Both the position numbers and the translations under genes were made by a program. The notes under the pieces are model-generated. The model made no database searches and had not been told where the DNA came from. It was given only the letters and a program-made list of their open reading frames with translations. From Nibricoccus sp. (lineage in GTDB: Bacteria > Verrucomicrobiota > Verrucomicrobiia > Opitutales > Opitutaceae), in contig JASGHG010000001.1 of the NCBI GenBank assembly GCA_047602425.1, positions 32,001-96,000 on the forward strand: a stretch of 64,000 nt of DNA, given 5' to 3'. Below are positions 1 through 8,972 of the stretch, in pieces (the first letter of the stretch is position 1; every line of letters starts with the position of its first letter).

Positions 1-1
1 C

Positions 2-196
2 CAATGTGAGATGGAGCTCGGAACAGCTCCCACGAGTTTCGATCAGTTCATTGGCCAAGGCAAAATCGTGGAAACGATGCCCGTATGTCCCGAGAAAGGT
101 GAATATTCCGTCGAGTCCGTGCCCGGCGGGAGTTGCAAAGTAACGTGCAGCATCCACGGCGACGCACGGCCGGCTACAGGACGTTCTTATCGTTAA
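2..196 (+). CDS. 3' end of a probable pilin/pseudopilin-like protein (partial, open to left edge)
   Basis: Frame is open from position 2. C-terminal CP-x-x-G-x-Y...C-S-I-H-G pattern resembles small prepilin-type proteins. N-terminus is not visible. Confidence 0.45.
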   Translation, partial: QCEMELGTAPTSFDQFIGQGKIVETMPVCPEKGEYSVESVPGGSCKVTCSIHGDARPATGRSYR

Positions 197-222
197 GCTG
201 TTTTAACGAACAAACTTTCAAC

Positions 223-252
223 CCGGTCGAGCGCCCATCGACCGGATTTTTT
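223..252 (+). terminator. Intrinsic terminator
   Basis: CCGGTCGA-N7-TCGACCGG stem followed by a T-tract, just after the stop at 196. Confidence 0.7.
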
Positions 253-323
253 GTGCCCGGCCTCACCTCCAATCGCCACTTGCCAGCCGCGAAGACCGCC
301 ACCTAAATCGACCCCTTCAACGC

Positions 324-1064
324 ATGACGCAGGCTTCCGCCAAAATCCCGACCCACGTCGCCATCATCATGGACGGCAACGGTCGCTGGGCCAAACAACG
401 CCACCTTCCCCGCATCGAGGGTCATCGCCGCGGAGTCGAAACCGTCCGCGCCATCATCGACGCCGCTCGGGATCACGGCGTGAAATTTCTCACGCTCTAC
501 GCTTTTTCGGTCGAAAACTGGAAGCGTCCGCAGGACGAAGTCGCCGGCCTCATGAGCCTGCTGGACTATTTTCTAAAAAAAGAAACGAAGACGCTGATCA
601 AAAACAAAGTCCGCCTTCTCACGATCGGCCGCACGGATGAAATGCCCGAGGCTGTGCACAAGCGTCTCGCCGCCGCGAAGGAAGCCACTGCACATTTTAA
701 AGAGCACACCCTCGTCCTCGCGCTCAATTACGGTTCGCGGACCGAAGTTCTCGACGCCGCACGCTCCTACGCGAAGGCCATTGCCAGCGGTAAACAAAAA
801 CCTGACGACAATTCCTGGGAATCCTTTGCGCGCCATCTCTACACTGCGGACATTCCCGACCCCGATCTCGTCATCCGCACCTCTGGCGAAACGCGCGTCA
901 GCAATTTTCTTCTGATGCAGGCCGCGTACGCCGAATTCATTTTCACGCCTGTGCTCTGGCCCGATTTTACCAAGGAAGCATTCGCCTCCGCCCTCGCCGA
1001 CTACGCCAAGCGCGAACGTCGTTTTGGTCTCACGAGCGAACAAGTCGCCCCCGCCAAAAAATAA
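324..1064 (+). CDS. uppS: Undecaprenyl diphosphate synthase (isoprenyl transferase)
   Basis: HVAIIMDGNGRWA, YAFSVENWKRP and DLVIRTSGETRVSNFLL motifs; first gene of the uppS-cdsA-dxr-rseP cluster. Confidence 0.97.
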   Translation: MTQASAKIPTHVAIIMDGNGRWAKQRHLPRIEGHRRGVETVRAIIDAARDHGVKFLTLYAFSVENWKRPQDEVAGLMSLLDYFLKKETKTLIKNKVRLLTIGRTDEMPEAVHKRLAAAKEATAHFKEHTLVLALNYGSRTEVLDAARSYAKAIASGKQKPDDNSWESFARHLYTADIPDPDLVIRTSGETRVSNFLLMQAAYAEFIFTPVLWPDFTKEAFASALADYAKRERRFGLTSEQVAPAKK

Positions 1065-1082
1065 TCCTCAAGCCACCGGCTC

Positions 1083-1910
1083 ATGCTCAAACGCACCTTC
1101 AGCACCGTTGCCCTCTGGCTGATCATTTTCGGCCTGCTCTATTATTTCGGGGCCGATGGCGCCGTCTGGATCGTCGCCCTTATCACCGTGCTCACCTTGC
1201 GCGAGTTTTATGGATTGATGAAGCACATGGGCTACGACCCGTTCGACAAACTCGGGATGACCCTCGGAGCCACCGTCATTCTGGCGCCGTTCTATTTGTC
1301 GAATTATGGCGTGCAAATTCACACCGTCGATCTCGTCGCCTTTGCCGTCATCGCGTTTTCAGTTCGCATCCTCGGTGAACGCCAACCCGCGAGCCGCGTC
1401 GAGACGCTCGCCGCGTCGCTCTTCGGTCTCATCTACGTGCCGATGATGCTCCAGTATTTGGTACGCATTCTCGCCATCACCGCCCCGCACAAAAATACCG
1501 GTGTCGTTCTTTTCCTCTGGGTCATTGCCGTTTCAAAATTCTGCGATGTCGGCGCACTCCTCGTGGGCACCGCGATCGGAAAACATCGGATGGCCCCCGT
1601 CATCAGCCCTAAAAAAAGTTGGGAAGGCGCCGTGGGCGGTCTGGTTGTTTCCGCACTCGTCGGCGCGGGCATCGCGTACTGGGCTCATGACTACGTGCCT
1701 GTGCACCTGACGCCGCTCGTCGCCGCCCTGATCGCCGTACCGATCGCAGCTCTTGGCATCGTGGCGGACCTCGTTGAATCCATTATCAAACGCCGCGCCA
1801 CCATCAAGGACTCGGGCGCAACCATTCCCGGCATCGGTGGCATGTTCGACGTGACCGACAGCCTCATTCTGACCGCTCCCGCGGCCTATCTTGCGTTCTG
1901 CTTTTTGTGA
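1083..1910 (+). CDS. cdsA: Phosphatidate cytidylyltransferase
   Basis: Polytopic membrane protein with SPKKSWEG and DLVESIIKR...KDSG..IPG.GG..D..DS motifs; synteny. Confidence 0.96.
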   Translation: MLKRTFSTVALWLIIFGLLYYFGADGAVWIVALITVLTLREFYGLMKHMGYDPFDKLGMTLGATVILAPFYLSNYGVQIHTVDLVAFAVIAFSVRILGERQPASRVETLAASLFGLIYVPMMLQYLVRILAITAPHKNTGVVLFLWVIAVSKFCDVGALLVGTAIGKHRMAPVISPKKSWEGAVGGLVVSALVGAGIAYWAHDYVPVHLTPLVAALIAVPIAALGIVADLVESIIKRRATIKDSGATIPGIGGMFDVTDSLILTAPAAYLAFCFL

Positions 1911-3103
1911 ATCCCATCGTGGTGTCGTCGTCCTCTCCTCGCAAACGCGTCGTTCTGCTCGGCGCCACCGGTTCGATCGGTGAAAATGCCCTGCGCGTCG
2001 TCGCCGCCCATCCCGACAAACTCGAACTCGTCGGCATCGCCGCTCGTTCCAACTGGGAAAAACTCGCGACCCTCGCGGCCGAATTTCGCGTGCGTCATGT
2101 CGGCATCTTTGACGAAACCGCCCTGCGCGCCGCCAAAGATTCCGGCGCGTTCGCCGCCGGCACTCAACTATATGGCGGGCTTTCCGGCCTCGTCGACCTT
2201 GCGCGTCTGCCCGAGGCCGACACCGTGCTCGTGGCCGTCGTGGGCACCACCGGACTCGAACCCGCGCTCGCGGCCATCGAGGCAGGCAAAGCGCTCGCGC
2301 TCGCCAGCAAGGAAATCCTCGTGCTCGCCGGCAAGTTTGTCATGGCCGCGGCCCGTGCGCGCAAAGTCCCGCTGCTGCCTGTCGACAGCGAACACAACGC
2401 CGTTTTCCAATGCATCGAGGGCCATCCGTCCGCCGCGGTTTCGCGCATCGTGCTCACCGCTTCCGGCGGCGCCTTTCGCGACTGGCCGGCCGAACGCCTC
2501 GCCCACGCCACCGTCGCCGACGCGCTCAAGCACCCGAACTGGTCGATGGGGCCAAAAATTACGGTCGATTCCGCCACGCTGGCCAACAAGGGCCTTGAGC
2601 TGATCGAAGCGCAATGGCTCTTCGGCCTTCGTCCCGAGCAATGCCACGCCGTTCTTCATCCGCAGAGCATCGTGCACTGCCTCGTCGAGTTCGTGGACGG
2701 CGCGATGCTCGCGCAACTTTGCCCGCCGTCGATGACGTTTCCCATCCAACATGCGCTGCTTTATCCGCAACGCGCCCCCGGTGTCGACGCGCCGCTCGAC
2801 CTCGCAAAATTGTTCAAGGTGGAGTTCCGCCCGGTCGAAGAAAGTCATTTCCCGATGCTTCGTCTCGCGAAACAAGTCATGCACGCCGGTGGCGTTGCTC
2901 CAGCGATTTACAACGCCGCCAACGAAATCGCCGTTGCCGCCTTTCTGGAAAGCCGCATCCCCTTTCTTGCGATCCCGCGCATCGTCGATCACTGTTTGCA
3001 GACGCTTACAAATTTTGAACCCGCCGCCCTCGCCGATGTCCTCTCCGTGGACGCCGCCGCCCGGCGCGCTGCCCAAACTTTCCTTGGCGCAATGAACAAA
3101 TAA
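1907..3103 (+). CDS. dxr: 1-deoxy-D-xylulose 5-phosphate reductoisomerase
   Basis: LGATGSIG, LPVDSEHNA, LTASGGAFR and HPNWSMGPKITVDSAT motifs; GTG start overlaps the cdsA stop (GTGA). Confidence 0.97.
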   Translation: MNPIVVSSSSPRKRVVLLGATGSIGENALRVVAAHPDKLELVGIAARSNWEKLATLAAEFRVRHVGIFDETALRAAKDSGAFAAGTQLYGGLSGLVDLARLPEADTVLVAVVGTTGLEPALAAIEAGKALALASKEILVLAGKFVMAAARARKVPLLPVDSEHNAVFQCIEGHPSAAVSRIVLTASGGAFRDWPAERLAHATVADALKHPNWSMGPKITVDSATLANKGLELIEAQWLFGLRPEQCHAVLHPQSIVHCLVEFVDGAMLAQLCPPSMTFPIQHALLYPQRAPGVDAPLDLAKLFKVEFRPVEESHFPMLRLAKQVMHAGGVAPAIYNAANEIAVAAFLESRIPFLAIPRIVDHCLQTLTNFEPAALADVLSVDAAARRAAQTFLGAMNK

Positions 3104-3121
3104 ACCTCCCCGCATTTTCCG

Positions 3122-4591
3122 ATGGAGCTCCTTCACAACATCCTTTCCAACCTCTGGGCCGTCTTTCTCGTTATTTTATTTTTCGGCGGTTCTATCTTCG
3201 TGCACGAACTCGGCCACTTCCTCGCCGCCCGCCGCCGCGGCATGCATGTCGACCGTTTTTCAATCGGGTTCGGCCCGAAAATCTTTTCCTGGCATGGCAA
3301 GGACGGCGTCGAATACCGCATTTCCTGGCTCCCGCTCGGTGGCTACGTCGCCCTGCCCCAACTCGCCGACATGCGTGGCATCGAGGGCGAAACCCGCACC
3401 GACCTCTCCAAGCTTCCGCAACCGAGCTATACCACCAAAGTCATTGTCTCCGCCGCCGGAGCCTTCTGCAATATCGTCTTCGCCTTCGTGCTCGGCCTCA
3501 TCGTTTGGAAAATCACCGGCGAACCCACCAGCAATGAACTCGTGACGACCACCGTCGCCGAGGTCCGCGCCACCATCCCCGACTCCACCGGCAAGGAAGT
3601 CCCCAGTCCCGCCTCGCTGGCCGGTCTCAAGCCGGGCGACACCATTCTCAAAATCGACGGCCGCCCCGTCACTTGGTTCGGCGAAATCGTCGAGGAACTC
3701 GCCCTCAGCAGCGGTCGCACCGATCAAGGCGAACGCCTGACCACTTTCACTATCAAACGGGGCGACCAGGTTTTTGATCTTGCGCTCAATCCCATCCGCA
3801 GCGGAGACGAAAAACTTCGGCGCGTCGGTTTCACCCCCGTCGAGATTATCAAGCTCGGTCCGCCCAAGCCAGGTTCTATTGCCGAAAAAATTGGCCTTCT
3901 GAAAGGCGACCGCATCGTCGCCGCCAATCAAAAAACCACCCTCAGCGTCAGCAGCCTCGTCGAAGAACTCAAACTTCGCATTAAGGGCGCGGTCTCGCTC
4001 ACGGTGGAGCGCGGAGCCGAAACCAAAACGTTTTTCCTTCCTCCTGCGACCGACGTCAAAGAGGCCGCCGATATCGGCATTCAACTTCAATCCGGCGTGC
4101 TCTACACCCACCCGAATCCTCTCCGGCAAATCTATAATGCCGCGATGAAAACGGTGCGCACCCTCGTGGCCTTGGTGAACCCGCGGGCCGATGTCAGCGT
4201 CGCCAATCTGAGCAGCCCGATTGGCATCATTAGCAATTTCTTCGACCTCGCCAAGGAAGGCATGCCGTTCGTGCTTTGGTTCACGATTCTGGTTAATGTC
4301 AATCTTGCGATCTTCAACTTGCTGCCGATTCCCGTCCTCGACGGCGGCCATATTTTGTTCGCCACCATCGCCAAACTCCGGGGCAAATCCCTTCCCGCCG
4401 ATTTCGTGGCTGCGACCCAAAGCGTTTTCATGGTGCTACTGCTCTCGATCATGGTCTACGCCGGCTATCGCGACGTTCGCCGACGCACCTACAGCGGCGA
4501 GGAAAGACCCGCCAAGGCCGCGCCCGCCCAAAACGAGTCTGCCCCCCCTCCCGCGACGCCGTCCACCGCGCCCGCTCCGGCCACGCCATAG
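3122..4591 (+). CDS. rseP: RIP metalloprotease RseP (M50, PDZ domains)
   Basis: HELGH, FSIGFGP, LPLGGYV, PDZ-like segments and NLLPIPVLDGGH; synteny. Confidence 0.95.
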   Translation: MELLHNILSNLWAVFLVILFFGGSIFVHELGHFLAARRRGMHVDRFSIGFGPKIFSWHGKDGVEYRISWLPLGGYVALPQLADMRGIEGETRTDLSKLPQPSYTTKVIVSAAGAFCNIVFAFVLGLIVWKITGEPTSNELVTTTVAEVRATIPDSTGKEVPSPASLAGLKPGDTILKIDGRPVTWFGEIVEELALSSGRTDQGERLTTFTIKRGDQVFDLALNPIRSGDEKLRRVGFTPVEIIKLGPPKPGSIAEKIGLLKGDRIVAANQKTTLSVSSLVEELKLRIKGAVSLTVERGAETKTFFLPPATDVKEAADIGIQLQSGVLYTHPNPLRQIYNAAMKTVRTLVALVNPRADVSVANLSSPIGIISNFFDLAKEGMPFVLWFTILVNVNLAIFNLLPIPVLDGGHILFATIAKLRGKSLPADFVAATQSVFMVLLLSIMVYAGYRDVRRRTYSGEERPAKAAPAQNESAPPPATPSTAPAPATP

Positions 4592-4606
4592 TTTGCGATT
4601 GGCGCT

Positions 4607-4686
4607 TCTTCCTCTTTATCTTTCTCGTTCTCTTTCTCCGCCGGTTCTTGGGAGAAAGAGGAAAGATAAAGAGAACGAAAAAAGAT
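4607..4686. repeat. Imperfect inverted repeat built from 6-nt purine units (GAGAAA/GATAAA/GAGAAC)
   Basis: Pyrimidine arm 4607-4638 and purine arm 4652-4686 between rseP and ispG; a related half-copy lies at 28413-28447. Confidence 0.7.
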
Positions 4687-4693
4687 TTTGCTC

Positions 4694-6724
4694 ATGTCCT
4701 ACTGCGCGTCCCGCTTCCAAACCCTGCGTCGTCCCACCCACGAGGTGAAAGTCGGCTCCGTCGGCGTCGGCGGCGCCAATCCGATCCGCCTTCAATCGAT
4801 GACGACCAGCGACACCGAGGACATCGCCGCGACCGTGCGCCAGTCCGTCGCGCTCGCCGAAGTCGGTTGCGAAATCGTCCGCGTTACCGCACCCAACGTC
4901 CAGGCCGCGAAATGCCTCGCCGCCATTCGCCGGGATTTCTCCGCCGCCGGCTTCGCCCATATTCCGCTCGTCGCCGACATCCATTTTCTGCCCTCGGCTG
5001 CGATGGAAGCCGTCGAACACGTTGAAAAAATCCGCATCAATCCCGGCAACTACGCCGACAAAAAGAAATTCGCCGTCCGCGAGTATTCAGATTCTGACTA
5101 CGACGAGGAACTCCAGCGCATCGCCGAGGCCGTCAGCCCGCTGATCAAGCGTTGCAAGGAACTCGGCCGCTCGCTGCGCATCGGCACCAACCATGGCTCG
5201 CTCAGCGACCGCATCATGAATCGCTACGGCGACACGCCGCTCGGCATGGTCGAGAGCGCGCTCGAGTTTCTGCGCATCTGCGAAGCGCATTCGTACAAAC
5301 AGATCATTCTCTCGATGAAGGCTTCGAATCCAAAAGTCATGATCGAGGCCTACCGCCTGCTCGTGGAGCGCATGCAACAGGAAAACATGCACTACCCGCT
5401 TCATCTCGGCGTCACCGAGGCCGGCGACGGCGAAGACGGCCGCATCAAAAGCGCCATCGGCATCGGCAGCCTGCTCCTCGATGGACTCGGCGACACCATC
5501 CGCGTCTCGCTCACCGAGGATTCCGTCTACGAAATCCCCGTCGCTCGCGCTCTCGCCGACAAGGCCATGTCGCTTTGGAAATCCCCAAATTCCAAAATCC
5601 AGCCGCCAAATCCCGCGCACGACAGTCTCGATCCGTTCCATTTCTCCCGTCGCGAAACCACCACGCTCAACCTCGGCCCTTCCTGCAAAGTCGGTCCCGA
5701 ACAGCCGCCCCGCGTCATCGTTCGTTGCCCCTCGGTCGGCGAGTTGCCCCGCACACTCGAACAGCTCGCCACGCCCAAACTCAAAGACACTCCCGCCGAG
5801 GGCGTACTCGTTCCCGTCGCTTCCCCTGCCGACCTCGCGGCTCTGAAATCTCAAATCTCAAATTTCAAGTCGGCTACCCCCTCCTTCCTCGCCCTCGACC
5901 TCGCCCCGGCGCTCGCCCCCGCCGATCTATCTGGCTTCTGGCTTCCGGCTTCTGGCCTCTCTCTGATCCTCCTCCGCCGCTTCACCGTCGCCGAAGCCGA
6001 CACCTTCCGCTCCTGGCTCGCCTTCACTCGCGAGCACAATCACCTCCTCGCCTGCGAAATCGCTCCCGCCGATTTTCCCGCACTCGCCGAAAACTTCCGC
6101 GTTCTCGGCGATGCCAATCTCCTTTTCACGCTCTCGTCCACCTCGGCCAGCCACCATGCCGTCGGTGCCTGGCGTCAACTCGCCGAACAGCTCCGCACCG
6201 CCAACCTCCGCGCGCCCCTCTGGATCCGCAACACCCCCGGCACCGCCATCCAGAATGGCCCCGATTTTCTCTCGCGTCTCCTCGAAGCCTCCATTCTCAC
6301 CGGCACCCTCCTCGCCGACGGCCTCGGCGACCTCGTAAGCATCGAGACCGAAGCCGACTCCATCCGCGCCACGACGCTGGCCTACAACGTCCTTCAGGGC
6401 GCCGGCGCCCGCATCTCGAAAACCGAATTCGTGGCCTGCCCCAGCTGCGGCCGAACTCTCTTCGATCTCCAAACCACCACCCAGCGCATCCGCTCCCAGA
6501 CCGGCCACCTCAAGGGCGTGAAGCTCGCCATCATGGGCTGCATCGTAAATGGCCCCGGCGAGATGGCCGACGCCGATTTCGGTTACGTCGGCGGCGCTCC
6601 CGGGAAAATCAATCTGTACGTCGGCAAGACCTGCGTTCAGTACAACATCCCCCAATCCGAAGCCGATGACCGCCTGATCGCCCTGATCAAGGAGCACGGA
6701 AAATGGGTCGATCCGCAGCCTTGA
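4694..6724 (+). CDS. ispG: (E)-4-hydroxy-3-methylbut-2-enyl-diphosphate synthase, long three-domain type
   Basis: IRLQSMTT, PLVADIHF, RINPGNY, RIGTNHGSLS, PLHLGVTEAG, CPSCGRT and MGCIVNGPGE motifs; large central insertion. ATG 4694 chosen over TTG 4688. Confidence 0.97.
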   Translation: MSYCASRFQTLRRPTHEVKVGSVGVGGANPIRLQSMTTSDTEDIAATVRQSVALAEVGCEIVRVTAPNVQAAKCLAAIRRDFSAAGFAHIPLVADIHFLPSAAMEAVEHVEKIRINPGNYADKKKFAVREYSDSDYDEELQRIAEAVSPLIKRCKELGRSLRIGTNHGSLSDRIMNRYGDTPLGMVESALEFLRICEAHSYKQIILSMKASNPKVMIEAYRLLVERMQQENMHYPLHLGVTEAGDGEDGRIKSAIGIGSLLLDGLGDTIRVSLTEDSVYEIPVARALADKAMSLWKSPNSKIQPPNPAHDSLDPFHFSRRETTTLNLGPSCKVGPEQPPRVIVRCPSVGELPRTLEQLATPKLKDTPAEGVLVPVASPADLAALKSQISNFKSATPSFLALDLAPALAPADLSGFWLPASGLSLILLRRFTVAEADTFRSWLAFTREHNHLLACEIAPADFPALAENFRVLGDANLLFTLSSTSASHHAVGAWRQLAEQLRTANLRAPLWIRNTPGTAIQNGPDFLSRLLEASILTGTLLADGLGDLVSIETEADSIRATTLAYNVLQGAGARISKTEFVACPSCGRTLFDLQTTTQRIRSQTGHLKGVKLAIMGCIVNGPGEMADADFGYVGGAPGKINLYVGKTCVQYNIPQSEADDRLIALIKEHGKWVDPQP

Positions 6725-7277
6725 GGGCGTTCAAAAAGGGTTTGATTTAGTACTTAAATCAAACCGCCCACCTGTCCGTTTTCCCTCGGAAAAGGCGGCT
6801 TTGCCACCGTTTTGTAACCAAAATTCCACGACAAAAACGACCCGGGCAAAACCTGTAATGCCGCCGCCCCTACAGCCAGTTTTACCCCAACCGGGGGCAC
6901 GAAATCGGCACCGCCAAGGCAACAAAAAAACGCCAAAACTTATGCTCAAATTTGTTGTGAATAACTTGTCGGAAAGTTGCTCTTGAAACCCCAATTCTCT
7001 TTGCTGTTACTCCCACCTCTTCCAAATCGCCTGCTTTGGTCGGAAAGTTCTTTCTCACATTTGCGCCTTCGTCCTCCAGCTGCCTCCTACGGGCCACATC
7101 ACACTCCGCTAGACATCAACAACTTAACAACGCTTTCCCTCGTGCTACCCCGCTTGATGCCTCGCCTCCCAATTTTCCCGTCGCTCTGGAGAGAAAAACG
7201 TCAGTCGCTCGTGTGCAGAACGCACCTCCCAGCCATGCTCTGTGAATAATTCTTTGTTTCAGCTTGTTTCATCGGAC
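6725..7277. promoter_or_regulatory. dnaA upstream region with DnaA boxes; candidate oriC or autoregulatory promoter
   Basis: TGTGAATAA (reverse complement TTATTCACA, matches TTWTNCACA) at 6956-6964 and 7241-7249; one-mismatch boxes at 7051-7059 and 7212-7220; about 550 bp, relatively AT-rich. Confidence 0.6.
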
Positions 7278-8693
7278 ATGTCCACCCTCTCCACACTTCC
7301 CAGTAGCAACCTCTGGGAAACCGTAAAAAGCGACTTTAAAGGCCTCTTCCCTGAGGATGTTTTTAAACTCTGGTTTGAACCCATCGTCTGCCTCGAGCTC
7401 AACGAGGATCACCTCACCTTGGGCGTACCCAACGACTTCGCCGCGATCTGGATCAACGACAATTACCTCGACCTGATCACCCAGCGTCTTCGCCTCAGCA
7501 CCGGACGCGCAATCACGGTCAAGCTCAAGAAGACCGACCACGCCCACACCTCGTCGCCGTTCCAGAAAGATTCGCACAACAACGGCGCTGCTGCCACCGC
7601 ACCAGCCCGCACCAGCAATGGAACCAGCCGGCGCGCCGGCCGTACCGGCACTGACGAACGCACGCCCGGCACCGGCACGCTCAATCCGCGCAACACCTTC
7701 GAGACTTTCGTTGTCGGCAACAACAACCAGATGGCCCACGCCGCTTCCCTCGCGGTCGCACAGGCCCCTGCGCAGGCCTACAATCCTCTTTTCATCTACG
7801 GCGACACCGGCCTCGGCAAGACGCACCTCATGCATGCGATCGGCCACGCCATCCAGAAGAATAACCCGCACGCCAAGGTCGCTTATCTCTCGACGGAGAA
7901 ATTCACCAACGAATTCATCCAGGCCCTGACCGAGAACGCCCTCCCGAAATTCCGTCAGCGCTACCGCAGTGTCGACGTGCTCCTCCTCGATGACGTTCAG
8001 TTCCTCAGCAACAAGGAGCGCATCCAGGAAGAGTTCTTCCATACCTTTAACGAACTGTTCGAATCCTCCAAACAGATCGTCCTCTCCAGCGACCGCCGCG
8101 CCTCCGAGATCGCCAAGCTCGAAGCCCGCCTCGTCTCCCGCTTCGAATGGGGTCTACCCGCCGATATCCAGGCGCCCGACTTCGAAACCCGCGTCGCGAT
8201 CCTGCGCACCAAGGCCGCCAACCTGAAGTTCGAGCTGCCCGCGCCCGTCGCCACCTTCATCGCGCAAAACATTTCCAAGAACATCCGTCGCCTAGAAGGC
8301 GCGCTGATCAAGGTCGCCAGCTACACCACCCTCACCGGCAAGGGCATCGACCTCCCCACAACCGAGATGCTTTTGCAGGACGTCCTCATGGAGCAGGCCC
8401 AAAACCAGCTCACGATGGAGACGATCCAGAAACGCGTGGCCGACCACTACCAGATTCGCCACAGCGACATGACGAGCAAGCGCCGTCCAAACAACATCGC
8501 CATTCCCCGCCAGATCGCGATGTACCTCGCCCGCACGCTCACCAAACACTCCCTCCAGGAAATCGGCGACGCCTTTGGCGGCCGCGATCACGGCACCGTG
8601 ATCCACGCCTGCAAGGCGGTCGACAACATGATGGAACAGGATTCCACCGTCCGCGGCAGCGTCGAGTTTCTGAAAAACCAGCTCAGCCGCTGA
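7278..8693 (+). CDS. dnaA: Chromosomal replication initiator DnaA
   Basis: YNPLFIYGDTGLGKTHLMHAIG, LLDDVQF, QEEFFHTFN, RLVSRFEWGL and PRQIAMYL...GGRDHGTV. ATG 7278 preferred because GTG 7242 lies inside a DnaA box. Confidence 0.98.
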   Translation: MSTLSTLPSSNLWETVKSDFKGLFPEDVFKLWFEPIVCLELNEDHLTLGVPNDFAAIWINDNYLDLITQRLRLSTGRAITVKLKKTDHAHTSSPFQKDSHNNGAAATAPARTSNGTSRRAGRTGTDERTPGTGTLNPRNTFETFVVGNNNQMAHAASLAVAQAPAQAYNPLFIYGDTGLGKTHLMHAIGHAIQKNNPHAKVAYLSTEKFTNEFIQALTENALPKFRQRYRSVDVLLLDDVQFLSNKERIQEEFFHTFNELFESSKQIVLSSDRRASEIAKLEARLVSRFEWGLPADIQAPDFETRVAILRTKAANLKFELPAPVATFIAQNISKNIRRLEGALIKVASYTTLTGKGIDLPTTEMLLQDVLMEQAQNQLTMETIQKRVADHYQIRHSDMTSKRRPNNIAIPRQIAMYLARTLTKHSLQEIGDAFGGRDHGTVIHACKAVDNMMEQDSTVRGSVEFLKNQLSR

Positions 8694-8918
8694 TTCGCAG
8701 AGAGGCGCGGGGCGTAGTCTTTGCTACGTCCTTTTCCGTGCAGATTGTTTCGGCCGTTGCCGAAAGCCCGCGCTCGTTGCATCGGATTGCGTTCACGATA
8801 GTGCTAAAGGCATGTCGGTGATTTATCTCGTCGCTGGACCTAACTATTCGAGCCCTCCGTCGCATCGCGTCCCAGCACCCTCGCGAGGGATTCGTCCTCA
8901 CGGCCAACCACGCTCAGC

Positions 8919-8947
8919 AAAAAGGCCTCACACGTTGTGTGAGGCCT
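8919..8947 (-). terminator. Intrinsic terminator for the lectin gene (possibly bidirectional)
   Basis: AGGCCTCACAC-GTT-GTGTGAGGCCT perfect stem preceded by an A-tract (U-tract on the minus strand). Confidence 0.8.
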
Positions 8948-8972
8948 AGGAGTTCATTCAAGTTTAGCAGTA

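Noticed and set aside
5152..6669. 505-aa Arg/Pro-rich ORF
   Set aside because: Alternate frame within ispG with low-complexity composition.
4694..6724. Unusually long IspG
   Set aside because: Three-domain IspG with a central insertion is already known from plants and several bacterial phyla; only the internal heptamer arrays are reported.
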